This document shows positions 53,121 through 64,000 of a stretch of 64,000 nucleotides of DNA, one piece after another (within the stretch, counting starts at the first letter, position 1; every line of letters begins with the position of its first letter). Source of the DNA: Eledone cirrhosa (taxonomy: Eukaryota); the NCBI GenBank assembly GCA_964016885.1, contig OZ024746.1, forward strand, positions 41,664,001 through 41,728,000, written 5' to 3'. The position numbers and the translations under genes were made by a program. The notes under the pieces were generated by a model. That model was not told the origin of the DNA, did not search any database, and saw nothing but the letters and a program-made list of their open reading frames with translations.

Positions 53121-53550
53121 TTATATATAATAAACATATATAATCTCACTATGAATGATTTAAGCTGTGATCATATTACAGCTATCTCAGTAGCTATGTG
53201 AGGATGCTAGAGGTTAGTGTTTTAGGATTGTTATCCATCATCAGCAACGGTACTTACTTGGTACTGAGATTAGAATAATCTATAGCTTATATACGTTTTG
53301 CATATAAAACATCTGCTGGAGAAGTTCATAATCAAAGCCATGTCAAGCAAGCACTCTGCATATGAATTTCTCCAGTTTTATATGCAAAAAGTATAAGCTA
53401 TAGATTCTTCCAATCTCAGCACTAAGTGAGTAAATGTCACTGATGATGGATGGATAAGAAAATCCTGAAACACTAATGTCTGAGATAGCTGTAACATGAT
53501 CACAGCCTAAAAGTGTTATAGTGAGACTTATATGTGTTTATAATATATAA
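53121..53550. repeat. Diverged fold-back element with arms of about 200 bp
   Basis: Complementary blocks tctcactat/atagtgaga, gctgtgatcat/atgatcacagc, acagctatctcag/ctgagatagctgt, aatctatagcttata/tataagctatagatt and ttttgcatataaaac/gttttatatgcaaaa. Spacer about 30 nt. Confidence 0.92.
53437..53483 (+). ncRNA. Minimal type I hammerhead-ribozyme-like motif
   Basis: Stem I UCA/UGA, CUGAUGA 53440-53446, stem II GGAU/AUCC with a U.U closing pair, GAAA 53467-53470, stem III ACA-CUAA-UGU and GUC triplet 53478-53480. Confidence 0.62.
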
Positions 53551-54394
53551 ACATAATATATGTCTTTGTATACACTTCTATTATGAATCACACTATACTA
53601 GTGTTACTGCAAATTTTATTTCTTAATATTTTATTTCTTAATATTTATTTCATAACAAATGAGAAGTTATTTTTTTTGCATTAATTTAATGAGCAGGTGT
53701 ATCTTATTTGTATGCCTGGTTTCTGCAATAATACTTCTGATTCTTTATCAATTTCCATGAAACATAATTAATGGTTGATATCACCACAGCAGGTATATAA
53801 AGTAGTTGCTGTGGTTATTTTCCAGATGTAGTGGGCAGGTGTTACTGACTTCCAAGAACTTCTACACAAATAGCTTGGTTGATCTCTGTTATACCACTGC
53901 TTACCATCTTTTAGAAGATTTTATGTCAACCTGAGGTTTACACTTCTATCTTAAAATATCAATCGGTGGCCTGGAACACTTAGCCTAATGGCTTAATGCA
54001 CTCATTTGGATTCCATAAAATGCAGCGTTCCATACATTCTTCTTTAAGGGTACTTTGTCCTATTTTTTCAACTATGATTTATAGTGATTGACTATTATTA
54101 TAGTCATCTGCATTGGGACAACATTTCAAATTCTAGCTACAGGCTTAAAATAAGCATTGCTTACAAACCAATACTTGACAGAACTAATTTGTATAGCCTT
54201 GACAACATATTGTCCAGATTTTCGATGACACAGCCAAGATGGAGATGCACAACACCTCTACTGGCAGTAAATAGCAACTTTTATAGCCTATGCCTGATAT
54301 TTGTAGCATTGTTTGGGGTTAGGGGGGGGGGGTCTTGCTGAAAGTAGAGGTTACAGTGACATGACATGAGCCTAAAGCAATTACGATAAACTCG

Positions 54395-57300
54395 TGAAAT
54401 AACTTAAATCAGACATACATTACTAGGTGTTTTTATTAGTATCCAACATGCTCCTGCCACCAGACTCTGGGCTTTAAATAGTGAAAAAAGGAGTCCTAAT
54501 AAAGAGAAACAAGTAGAATGTGCTGTGATTGGCCGATTTTACTGGCCATTCAAATTATGTTACACCTCTTTCGTTTTGTATATGTACCATACAATCAATA
54601 TTTAAAGTATATTAACAACTGCTGTAAATAAAACAATACAGCAAATGGTGTGTAAAAAGAAAACACACATGCAACATACTTATGTTACTGAATTATGCTA
54701 TAGTGTTAAGAAAGCATCAGTGTTAAATATTATTAAATACTTCCAAAATAATAAATCAGTCAGGTTTGATAAAACAGTAGTATGCAAGCATGACACCACA
54801 TGTACAACTAGATGTTATAGAAAATATTAAAATTTTGTTTGTGTATAGATATAGATATATATATATATAGAACTTTATGGTTTTATTCACCAAAACATAG
54901 TATTAAATACATAAGAGACAACTAGATCTGTATAGAGTTTTTATTCAAATATATTTGGATGTGGGTCGTTATAAGTTTTATCTATAAGGGGCTTTGGCAT
55001 TCTTCCAGAGCATATTTTGCCAGATGGTATTTGTACAACCTGCTTATTGACATCCTTAACACTCCCTAAGATTGACTTTAAGGATGGAGTACCAGTGGCA
55101 TGGTTTCCACTTGTAACTCTATCATGTTTGTCAGCATATTCCATGGCAGCTGGTATGTCTCTCACTTGAATCACTCGTGGAAAATCTTGTCTTGAGGATG
55201 TTTGGGTTGGACTAAGGTTTTTCTGTTTGGGGATATAGTTGTCTCTTTCTCTGTTTGAACTAAACATGAACTATCCTTTCTAGCAATTACTTTCTCAGAT
55301 GACCATCGTTTGTCCCTATTGTCTTGTTTGATATAAGCCATAACAGTCAGCCCTTCTCTCAACCTGGTTCTTACAGATTTTTCTGCATGATTGGACAGAT
55401 GGTCACTATAGTTCTCAATTTTCACACAGAGTTTAGAAACCTGCGCAGATCTGAGCTTTCACCTAAATAGAAGTCGACCTGAACTGGGAACATTAGAACC
55501 ATCTGGTGTGCATATTTAAGTTCCAATAATTCAATACGAAAATTGTTCAGATTTGGTTTTTGAAGTAGATTCTTAAAAGTCTGAACATGGGTTAGACTAA
55601 TGATGGTTAGCACTTCTAACTACAGTTTTTATGTCTAGTTCAGTGCATAATTGTACAAATTCTTCTGCTAGTAAAATTAGTGCCACAATTACAAGTAATC
55701 TGCTCTGGCAGACCAAACTGTGAAAATAGGCCAGAAAGAACCCAGTTTGTTTTGGCACTTGAATGATCAGTGTACTTTACTGTGACAAAATGACTATAAT
55801 GGTCTACTGCAATTAGCAAAGATAAACCTTCGAACTCAAAAATATATAAGCAGATGGTCTGCTATGGACATGCAGCAATATTTCTTTACTCCTTTGAGGC
55901 CAGATAACAGGTAATGCAAGGCACTGTTGAAAGACAAGTTTCGAATGGTTAACTCTCCTTGTCCAAAGGCAAATGAAAAAAACCCTTTATCATATCTACA
56001 ACAGTAATAAACTTGGCATCTATTAATTCATCCTGTAAATTATCAAAAGTTGGCATGTCAAATATAGGTTGAATAATTGCCTTATTTTGAGGCATAGTGT
56101 CAAGACAGATGTGCAAGTCACCATTTGGCTTCATAACATTAACAAATAATTCACTCATTCTGTTGGTTGCTTTATCAGAACCTAATTTTCTCATTATATC
56201 AGAGCTTACCATATTTTCAAGTTCACTTTTAAATTTGTCTTTGATTGTGGCAGGAACTGTGATTGTCACTAGTCTTATATCAAATATGCTTACACCATGG
56301 AAAAGGTGCTTTTACTTTGAGTGAGACAGGATATCCTTCTTAGTCACTCACTTTATTGCTGATTCAATTGAATTCACATCAAAGCTAGAAACTTTTACCA
56401 AATTTGGTAAAGGTAATGACCAGTTTGAAGTGTTACCTAACGTTTCTAAGTCAGGCAGACCAAATATTAAACAATACTTGTCAGAATCCACATAGAATAT
56501 ACACCATTTTCTCTAAAGTGACATTCATTTTACATGTACCATACTACTTCATTTCAGATTTGTTGTAAGCAAGTAAAGTGATATTTTTGTCTCTAGTACC
56601 ACTCACTTTAGACATGCTTACATCAGGGTACAATTGCTTCAAAAATTACAATAGTAACAGGTTGTCTGGAGCACTTGTGTCTATTTTACACCTTTATTTA
56701 ACATTTGTTTGATGCAACTAAGTCTGTTAAAATTCTAGTTTTACTTGGCTGATAAATTTCATCAAATGTAATATTACTGAAATCTTTCTTTGCTCAAGTG
56801 TCAACAGTGAACTGAATCTTTCTGATTATTTTAATCATGTCAAGATTTACATCTAAACTATCTTTTCCATCAAAATATTTATGATCAAAGTCAATCATTA
56901 CACTCGACAACACTAACCTATTCTTCATGCGTCACATGTGATTTACAAACAAATTTATCTCTTTACTCACCAAATTGTGATCTGCTTCTACATTTACTCA
57001 TTAAATAATTTGGCTTCTTGCATTTATTTACACATTTTCCCATATGCTGAGCAGTCCAGGAAAGTGTTTAGTATCACAGTTTCTGCATTGTTTGCCTGTG
57101 TTTGTTTCTGCAGACTTGCCTATCATTTTTCCTTTCTTTATGAATTTACATTGTGCAGCCACTTAGGTTGTGTACAGTATTAATGTCTTTCTTGGCCCCT
57201 GAATCATGCTGAAAACTGGTTGTGTGCTTCTGTGGCCAGTCCTTGGCAGGATCTCTTTTCTTTAATAATTGTTCATGCACATGTCGGTGTTGATTGTGGA

Positions 57301-58319
57301 CCAAGAAAATAAATTTGATCACTTCATCTTTGTTGGAGAATCTACATTTCTCCACAAGGCATCTGATAGTAAGCATAAAGTTTGTTTGAATTTTACAATA
57401 GGGACTGAATAGTGATCCTAGTTTATACCATGACTGTATGGTGTCTTGTGTGGGGTGGAATATATCCTTAAACATGGTATTAACATCATCCAAATTTTCT
57501 TCACTTTTACCAGGTGTCTCTAAATCACCAGAGAGATGGGCAGCTCATTGCCCATCCAGTTAATTAAAATCCCATACGTTCATCTTGGAACAGTCTTTTG
57601 TATGGTCCATGTGCTAGTTACTAGCAGCTAGTATAATGCTAACATGTTTGCAAAAATTACAAAATGCTTCATATCTATTCTGACTTTCCTCATTGAAAAT
57701 GTGGTTTTGGACATTAGGTTTAATCCATTGCTGCTCATTCATGATCAGGCTGGGTAAATAAAACTCCATTGCAGTGCAGGATGTGAAGAAAATCACACAG
57801 GTTACTGATAAAATACTCCAAGAAACATCATTGGAACACAAGGATCACTTGTTGGTCAATCTAACTAGGATATCACATATCATGCTACATGTGGTGTGGG
57901 TCAAAAGCACAGTGTCCTATAAAATGTCCTGGCTGTGGTATCAAAACTGAAGTCCAGATTCCTGTTCTGGTATATAAACACCAAATTCTTGCTATTGTAA
58001 ACATCAGGTAGATATCTTGCAGAGTGTGGTACAGCACTTCTGACAGCATGAAATAACTAAGTACGTCAGTTGGCAGTATCGGACGCCATGCTTTGCAGTA
58101 TAGAGTTACAGCCGAGGTTAACTTTGCCTTTCATCCTTACGGGGTGAAAATAAAGTAGCAGTAATGTACTGAGAGAATTGCTGGCCTTGTGCCAAAAGTA
58201 GAAAGAATTATTAGGTGTCTTTATAAGTATCGAAGATGGCTGCCAGTAAAACAAAGCGTCCTAATAAGGAGACAGTAGTAGAATGTGCTGTGATAGACCG
58301 ATTTTACTATTCATTAACA
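54395..58319 (-). mobile_element. Decayed Ty3/Gypsy LTR retrotransposon
   Basis: Diverged LTRs at 58049-58319 and 54395-54564 (TG...CA). PBS tgctgtcagaagtg (tRNA-Leu-type, 58035-58048) and PPT cgaaagagg (54565-54573). Gag-like ORF 57146-57493, protease KIDTSA at about 56670-56690, RT KPNGDLHICLD..VVDMIKGFFHLPL and integrase IFEFEGLSLLIAVDHY. The PR-RT-IN order is Gypsy. Confidence 0.9.
58066..58212. mobile_element. Short-form Meta-domain-like SINE (plus orientation) inserted in the Gypsy 5' LTR
   Basis: ttggcagtatcggacgccatgctttgc...gccgaggttaactttgcctttcatccttacgggg interrupts the LTR alignment. Confidence 0.85.
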
Positions 58320-58498
58320 TAATATTATGGCTTGCATCATTGGTTGGTATAGCATGTCTGAGCTGTAGGCAGATATGATAATTTTCGGTCAGTGTCTGGA
58401 TAGGTAGAGTTTTACAGATTTATCTCACTTGATAATAGTGAAGATTAGGTCGTATATAATTTGATTGGTTTTGACCAAATATTTACTAAAATAAATAA

Positions 58499-58664
58499 CA
58501 AACTTGCCAACTAAAAACCCAAACAGGGAGTACCATGAAAAAGAAGGGCCCCAAAACTAGGAGAAATGAGGCAAAATGCTTTAACATAATGAAAGCTATA
58601 TCCAATTTTCACAAGAAAGTGGGTGTGAGATTTCTCTGCCCGATGGGGAGAGTTGACAGGTCTG
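58499..58664. mobile_element. Small TIR element (MITE, possibly hAT-related)
   Basis: Termini caaacttgccaact / agttgacaggtctg are 11/14 complementary. Flanks aataaataa / aataaatat. Confidence 0.5.
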
Positions 58665-61600
58665 AATAAATATAATTAAAACATGTATTTTTTACTTTTT
58701 ATTTTGTTTTTGGCAGTCTAATTTTATGTTAATAAAATGCAAATTCGACCATTTTTCTTAGATGTTACTGTAGTTCAATACCGTATTAAATATGCTCAAT
58801 ATAATTAAAACAATCATCAGTCGATATCTTGAAAACATTTTATATATATGTGTACTTTGTGATGACTGATACTAATGCAAATTAAGTTTTTAAAAAAGTG
58901 CATGCATAAATAAATATTGTATAAATATTTTGGCATAAATGCAGTTCTTAATATTTGTGTGAAAATTTCTGTAACAAAACGTGTATGTAACAATATGTAA
59001 ACGTATGTGTAAATTTGCAGAAAAACATTCTTCAGTAGGAAATTGTTCTTTTTCCCCCATGTTTTCAACGAATTTGATCTGCAAATTCGTCGGAAGTAAC
59101 AATAAATACCAGTTTACCGAAAACTCTCTCTCTCCTCCACACACACACATATTTGTGTGTATGTATATATATTTTTCAAGTTTAAAAAAAAAATGAAATT
59201 GGAGTTCCTTCGTCTTAAGTTTACGTCATGGCTTTTGAACCAACTTGACCTCCAAATTTACCTGAAACGTCTTGTTTTTTTTAATGGTGTTAATGGTGGG
59301 GAGGGAGAACCCTCGGAGTTTTCTTTACAATAATTTTTTCTCCTGAGGCCTTTCGTGTGTTTTCAACGAATCCGACTTTTCAAACCGTTGGAAATTCTTC
59401 TTCGTTTAGCTAATCATACCTCACGACAAATGTCGGAAGGTTGGGGGGTGTGTATATATATATATATATATAAATGAAAGGTATAGAAAACACTGCAGCG
59501 AAAAGCGAACAGCATTCCATAATATATAAGTGACTATAGCGTCAAAATGGGAAAAATAGTTAACGTAAGATGTGGGGAAAAATAATTCAAACTCATCTCA
59601 GAGAGAATCAGGATATAAATTCATCCACAGAATTTAGTGAAATCCAGGGAAAAATCAATAGAGCCTTAACTCATGATAAAATAAAGTCTAAAATACTTAT
59701 CCTTCAATTTGGAAAAAACTTCAAATGCTCTGTATAGTCTTAAAGACTATTTCATGAAAACTTTCAGTGGAGATGGTCACGGTTGGAGTTCATCATCAGC
59801 AGAGCTCAACTCGATAACCAGGACTCTCACAGATTAATATGTCAAAAAGGGAATTTTAAAGCTGGCTAGTTCAACATCATGCATGCGTGATTATGAAAAA
59901 CGCACACGAGGAAATACATGGCTAGTGACGTCAGAATGAGACGAATGTTTGTTTACAAGAAACAGCAGTCAAAAACATTCCGAAAAAAAATCTACAATAA
60001 GGAGTTCAGCAAAAAGCAATATTATCGCATTTTTTTATAAAAAAAAACAAAAAAAAAAAAAAAACCGGGAATAGTCACAAATAATTTAAGCACTCGAGGA
60101 AAACATCCGAGTATAAATATATAAATGAAAGGTATAGAAAACACTGCAGCGAAAAGCATTCCATAATATATAATTGACTATAGCGTCAAAATGGGAAAAA
60201 TAATTCAAACTCATCTCAATGAGAATCAGGATATAAATTCATCCACAGAATTTAGTGAAATCCATGGAAAAAATCAATAGAGCCTTATAGCGAAGAACTC
60301 GTGTGTATGAATGTAACAAGGAGACATGGTTTGTGTGTATAATATTTAATCAACAATTTAAGAGTATAGTTGAAATGTCAAAGAAATAGATGAAAGAATG
60401 AAGCAAAGTTAGTAGTTACCGTTTTGATTGCCAGGCAAACGCAAGCTGGCAGAAGACGCCTGGCGAAGGGCAAATGAGAGGGTGAGAACTTAAAGTTGTT
60501 AGTTTTATAGGGTTCTGACCGGAAGTTACAGAAAGGGTTCTACTTCCTGTCTAGATGGTGTCACAACAAGGGAGACAAGGGAGGCAACTGCTACATAACC
60601 TCCCGCCAGAATTTTAGAATATAAAAATCGAATGAAATATGTAGCAAGTTGGCGAGAATGTTGTAACAGGCATGAAAATTACGACAAAAGAATGTTTGCA
60701 AAAATCAATGGTAGATATCAAGGTAGCCAACCGCTCTTGGCCAGAGAACGACTGGATATCTATCTATCCATCACCCAAAGATACAATGTAATAAAGTAAG
60801 AGAAGAGCTCAAAGTTCAAATGTACAAAATATAGTTCACAGGTGTGCAATCACATGACAGCAGGAAAGAAAGTGTGTTCCAGAGAATCAATGCAGGTGGT
60901 TTGTTCTGTGGTATATCGGGAAATTTTCAACCTCCGAATGGATTTTCTCACAGGAAGAGTGCTGCAAAAATAAATTCTCTGGCTTGTTCTGCTGGTTTTG
61001 GTTGTTGGTGAAGCTGTGTTGTTGTTGATGTTGTTGTCTCGCAGAGTGAGCGTATTCGGTGTTTAAATTCACAGTAAAAAAATTTTTTTCGGAAAAAATG
61101 AGTTGCGCAAAGTGCTAGAAATAACAGCCGAAGTTGATGGTCGATGTTGAGAATGCGTTGACCTGGAAGGATCAAGAGGCCAGCGACCAAAGAAATAAGC
61201 ATTCTGAATAAATGCGCAGTTTTCAACGGCAAATTTACGTGGTAAATTTTTAAACCGGCAAATAGGAGAATATAGCTTAAGGCTGAAGAATCCTTGGCGA
61301 GAAACGTTATCTCTGGCGTGCGGCTATCTCTGTGAGTCGAGAATTTGTGCTGCCTACACGTGCCAACACAAGGTTAAGTTAGGTTTAAAAAATAATATTT
61401 CTAACGCGCGAGAAAATGATAGTGCAAGTGTGAAAGTGACAATGATGAAAAAGAAAGGCTTCACTTAGCATAATTATTGGTGTGAACTTTTGAAAAAAAA
61501 AACTTGAACGATGAAGAAAACGATGAAAAAAAAAAAGGCAATGGTTCATCGAAAATAAATGTTCCTGTTGAAATGTTTAAAAAAAAAATATCAAATTTCT

Positions 61601-61861
61601 TTTTTTTTTTTTGTTTTGAAAGTGTTCGTTGTAAGAAACGAGAAACATATATATATATCGTGAAATGCGACAGTTAGTTGATGCGTGAGAGAAAAAGTCT
61701 GTCTGAACGCGAATTTCACATGTGCGTGGTGTGTTCGTTTCTTTGACTGAGTATTTTCATAGTTTGTCAATAAATTTGCTGTGTATTCGTAATGTTACTC
61801 ACACAACACCAGATTCTGCTATTTTTTATTTTTTTCGGGGTGACCACTTATAACAATGAAC

Positions 61862-61893
61862 GGCTGCGTGTTCGTATCACGTCAGGGTTACCA
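61862..61893 (-). promoter_or_regulatory. Extended tRNA-Trp primer-binding site (32 nt)
   Basis: Plus strand ggctgcgtgttcgtatcacgtcagggttacca versus the metazoan tRNA-Trp 3' end GGCTGCGTGTTCGAATCACGTCGGGGTCACCA (recalled consensus) gives 3 mismatches and includes CCA. Confidence 0.88.
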
Positions 61894-62112
61894 ATATAGC
61901 GAAGAACTAATGGTGTATGAATGTAACAAGGAGACATGGTTTGTGTGTATAATATTTAATCAACAATTTAAGAGTATAGTTGAAATGCCAAAGAAATAGA
62001 TGAAAGAATGAAGCAAAGTTAGTAGTTACCGTTTTGATTGCCAGGCAAACGCAAGCTGGCAGAAGACGCCTGGCGAAGGGCAAATGAGAGGGTGAGAACT
62101 TAAAGTTGTTAG

Positions 62113-62119
62113 TTTTATA
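62113..62119 (-). promoter_or_regulatory. TATA box candidate in the 5' LTR
   Basis: TATAAAA on the element sense strand about 80 nt into the LTR, with an ATTAAA poly(A)-signal-like motif further downstream in the same LTR. Confidence 0.5.
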
Positions 62120-62550
62120 GGGTTCTGACCGGAAGTTACAGAAAGGGTTCTACTTCCTGTCTAGATGGTGTCACAACAAGGGAGGCAACTGCTACAGCCT
62201 TAACTCATGATAAAATAAAGTCTAAAATACTTATCCTTCAATTTGGAAAAACTTCAAATGCTCTGTATAGTCTTAAAGACTATTTCATGAAAACTTTCAG
62301 TGGAGATGGTCACGGTTGGAGTTCATCATCAGCAGAGCTCAACTCGATAACCAGGACTCTCACAGATTAATATGTCAAAAAGGGAATTTTAAAGCTGGCT
62401 AGTTCAACATCATGCATGCGTGATTATCAAAAACGCACACGAGGAAATACATGGCTAGTGACGTCAGAATGAGACGAATGTTTGTTTACAAGAAACAGCA
62501 GTCAAAAAAATTCCGAAAAAAACACTACAATAAGGAGTTCAGCAAAAAGC

Positions 62551-62583
<33 letters not shown>

Positions 62584-62615
62584 GGTAAGTAAAAAACGAC
62601 AACACAGGAGTACAA

Positions 62616-62658
<43 letters not shown>

Positions 62659-63010
62659 CACATACATAAATAGAAAGAAATATATATATACACGTGAATG
62701 TTCGGAAAACAGAATCGCTCGCGAAGATTTAAAACAAATGATCCCCAATTTAATTTTACACACAAGTGATGATAGCAAGGTTTTGGTGGTGGTGCAATAA
62801 GTAAGTACACTCACGTGCGTTACATGATACGTCGGTATGGCGAGCCGCTAACGGCGAGAAGAACTTCGTTATCAGCGAATCAGCTCCCCCAAATGTGTCG
62901 AACGTCACACTCAAGAAAAAATAGATTGCCGATAATTCCTGGTATTTTAGAATTTTATTTCACCAGATTCAAATCACTACCTCGAAGCTGCCGGACTGAA
63001 CTCCTAGTTC

Positions 63011-63155
63011 TAATAATTGTTTCTACTTTTTGGCACAAGGCCAGCAAATATCCAGTACATTGCTGGTACTTTATTTTATCGACCCCCGTAAGGATGAAAG
63101 GCAAAGTTAACCTCGGCGGGATTTGAACTCAGATCATAAAGGGTCATAACTATAC
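63011..63155 (-). mobile_element. Short-form Meta-domain-like SINE, 5'-truncated
   Basis: ctggtactttattttatcgacccccgtaaggatgaaaggcaaagttaacctcggcgggatttgaactcaga. Confidence 0.9.
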
Positions 63156-63198
63156 TGTTATAAGACAATGTTCATTAACTGCTATTATATACTCCTAG

Positions 63199-63260
63199 AA
63201 GAACATAATGGTTACGGCTGGAATATCGGCGATTATAACCCTGCTCGATCAATCTGGGAG
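63199..63260 (+). CDS. Candidate 62-nt coding host exon
   Basis: Acceptor actcctAG and donor GAG|GTGAGT. The phase-1 frame EHNGYGWNIGDYNPARSIWE is open and protein-like. No family recognised. Confidence 0.35.
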
Positions 63261-63951
63261 GTGAGTACGTTTTTTTAAAAAATGCATAGAAGTTGTCTGA
63301 AATCTCGACAAATTACACTATCACATTCTCAAAACATACATTGGATATTAACATTTCAACATTTTTCAAATCATCAGCAGTTTGAGAAATATATAGCAAT
63401 ATTGAATTGATACTTCAGCCGGGCGACAGACTGGTAGTCCATATTTTATTTTTGTAAGATAAGAATAAATGTGTGTTTCTTTAACGAGATGTAAACAGGC
63501 TAGTTGTTAGAAGGCTCGCAAGGGGATTGCTACTTATGTCGTTATTTGCTAAAGTGTTGAAGGGTGTACTTCAGAGGACAGCGTTGATTTATTTTATCGA
63601 AGTCTTATGTGAACACATAACATCAAGAAATCCGGGTAGAAAGAGAAACTGTTTTCAGTGTAAACTCTTTGGCTTAGGAAATATGTACATCATTTCAACG
63701 ATAACAAGCCTTTTGGGTATTGGTCTGACAGAAAGATTACTAAAGCTGTCTCGGGGGGACAATTCGTTTGCTGTTGGTATTTTCTCGTATTTTGCCACAA
63801 GCATTAGTGCAGAACACCGTAAACTACTTTCTTATGTTCTGTGAGAAAATAACATTGTCCATAGATCTACGGTATTTTCACTTCTCATTATTCACTCTCC
63901 TATTCATCTAATATGTTAACAAGTGTTTGGTGGTGGTATTAATATTATGAT

Positions 63952-64000
63952 GGGGCGGTAGATTGGCAGTATCGGTAGAGTGTCGGACGCCATGCTTTGA
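63952..64000 (+). mobile_element. Meta-domain-like SINE head, cut by window end
   Basis: ggggcggtagattggcagtatcggtagag.gtcggacgccatgctttga matches 20051-20098. Confidence 0.85.

Larger units (their letters stand above)
60286..62196 (-). mobile_element. Young non-autonomous LTR retrotransposon (1911 bp)
   Basis: Near-identical LTRs at 60286-60595 and 61895-62196. TSD GCCT at 60282-60285 and 62197-62200. tRNA-Trp PBS next to the right LTR and purine-rich ggcgggaggtta next to the left LTR. No gag/pol recognised. Confidence 0.95.
59466..62558. repeat. Tandem duplication of a unit of about 550 bp, second copy split by an LTR element
   Basis: 59466-60025 matches 60117-60285 plus 62201-62558 with a few substitutions and short indels. 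Confidence 0.95.

Noticed and set aside
60887-61232. Internal ORFs of the LTR element as gag or cargo proteins
   Set aside because: They are short, partly low-complexity and show no recognisable motif.
60286-62196. Retrozyme (LTR element with hammerheads in the LTRs)
   Set aside because: I found no CUGANGA...GAAA core in the LTR sequence.

Overview
AT-rich, repeat-dominated eukaryotic DNA. The SINE/RTE/microsatellite landscape resembles a cephalopod (Octopus-like) genome; this taxon call is inference only. I see no intact protein-coding gene, rRNA, true tRNA gene or CRISPR array, and most supplied ORFs are microsatellite artefacts or transposon fragments. The window is a transposon archive. 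It holds a Tc1/mariner remnant, RTE LINE fragments of at least two families, CR1 and RLE-type LINE fragments, two tRNA-derived SINE families (one sharing its tail with the local RTE), piggyBac-type TTAA MITEs, a Helitron with both termini, a decayed Penelope-like element, a decayed Gypsy element and a young 1.9-kb non-coding LTR element. Three observations stand out. (1) Three fold-back loci carry hammerhead-ribozyme-like cores; one is a 368-bp spacerless palindrome with a single A.C mismatch. (2) The non-coding LTR element has a 32-nt tRNA-Trp copy at its PBS with T exactly at the m1A58 position, and its empty site is preserved in an adjacent duplicate. (3) A few isolated candidate host exons occur. 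All coordinates were read by eye, so ends of decayed repeats are approximate.
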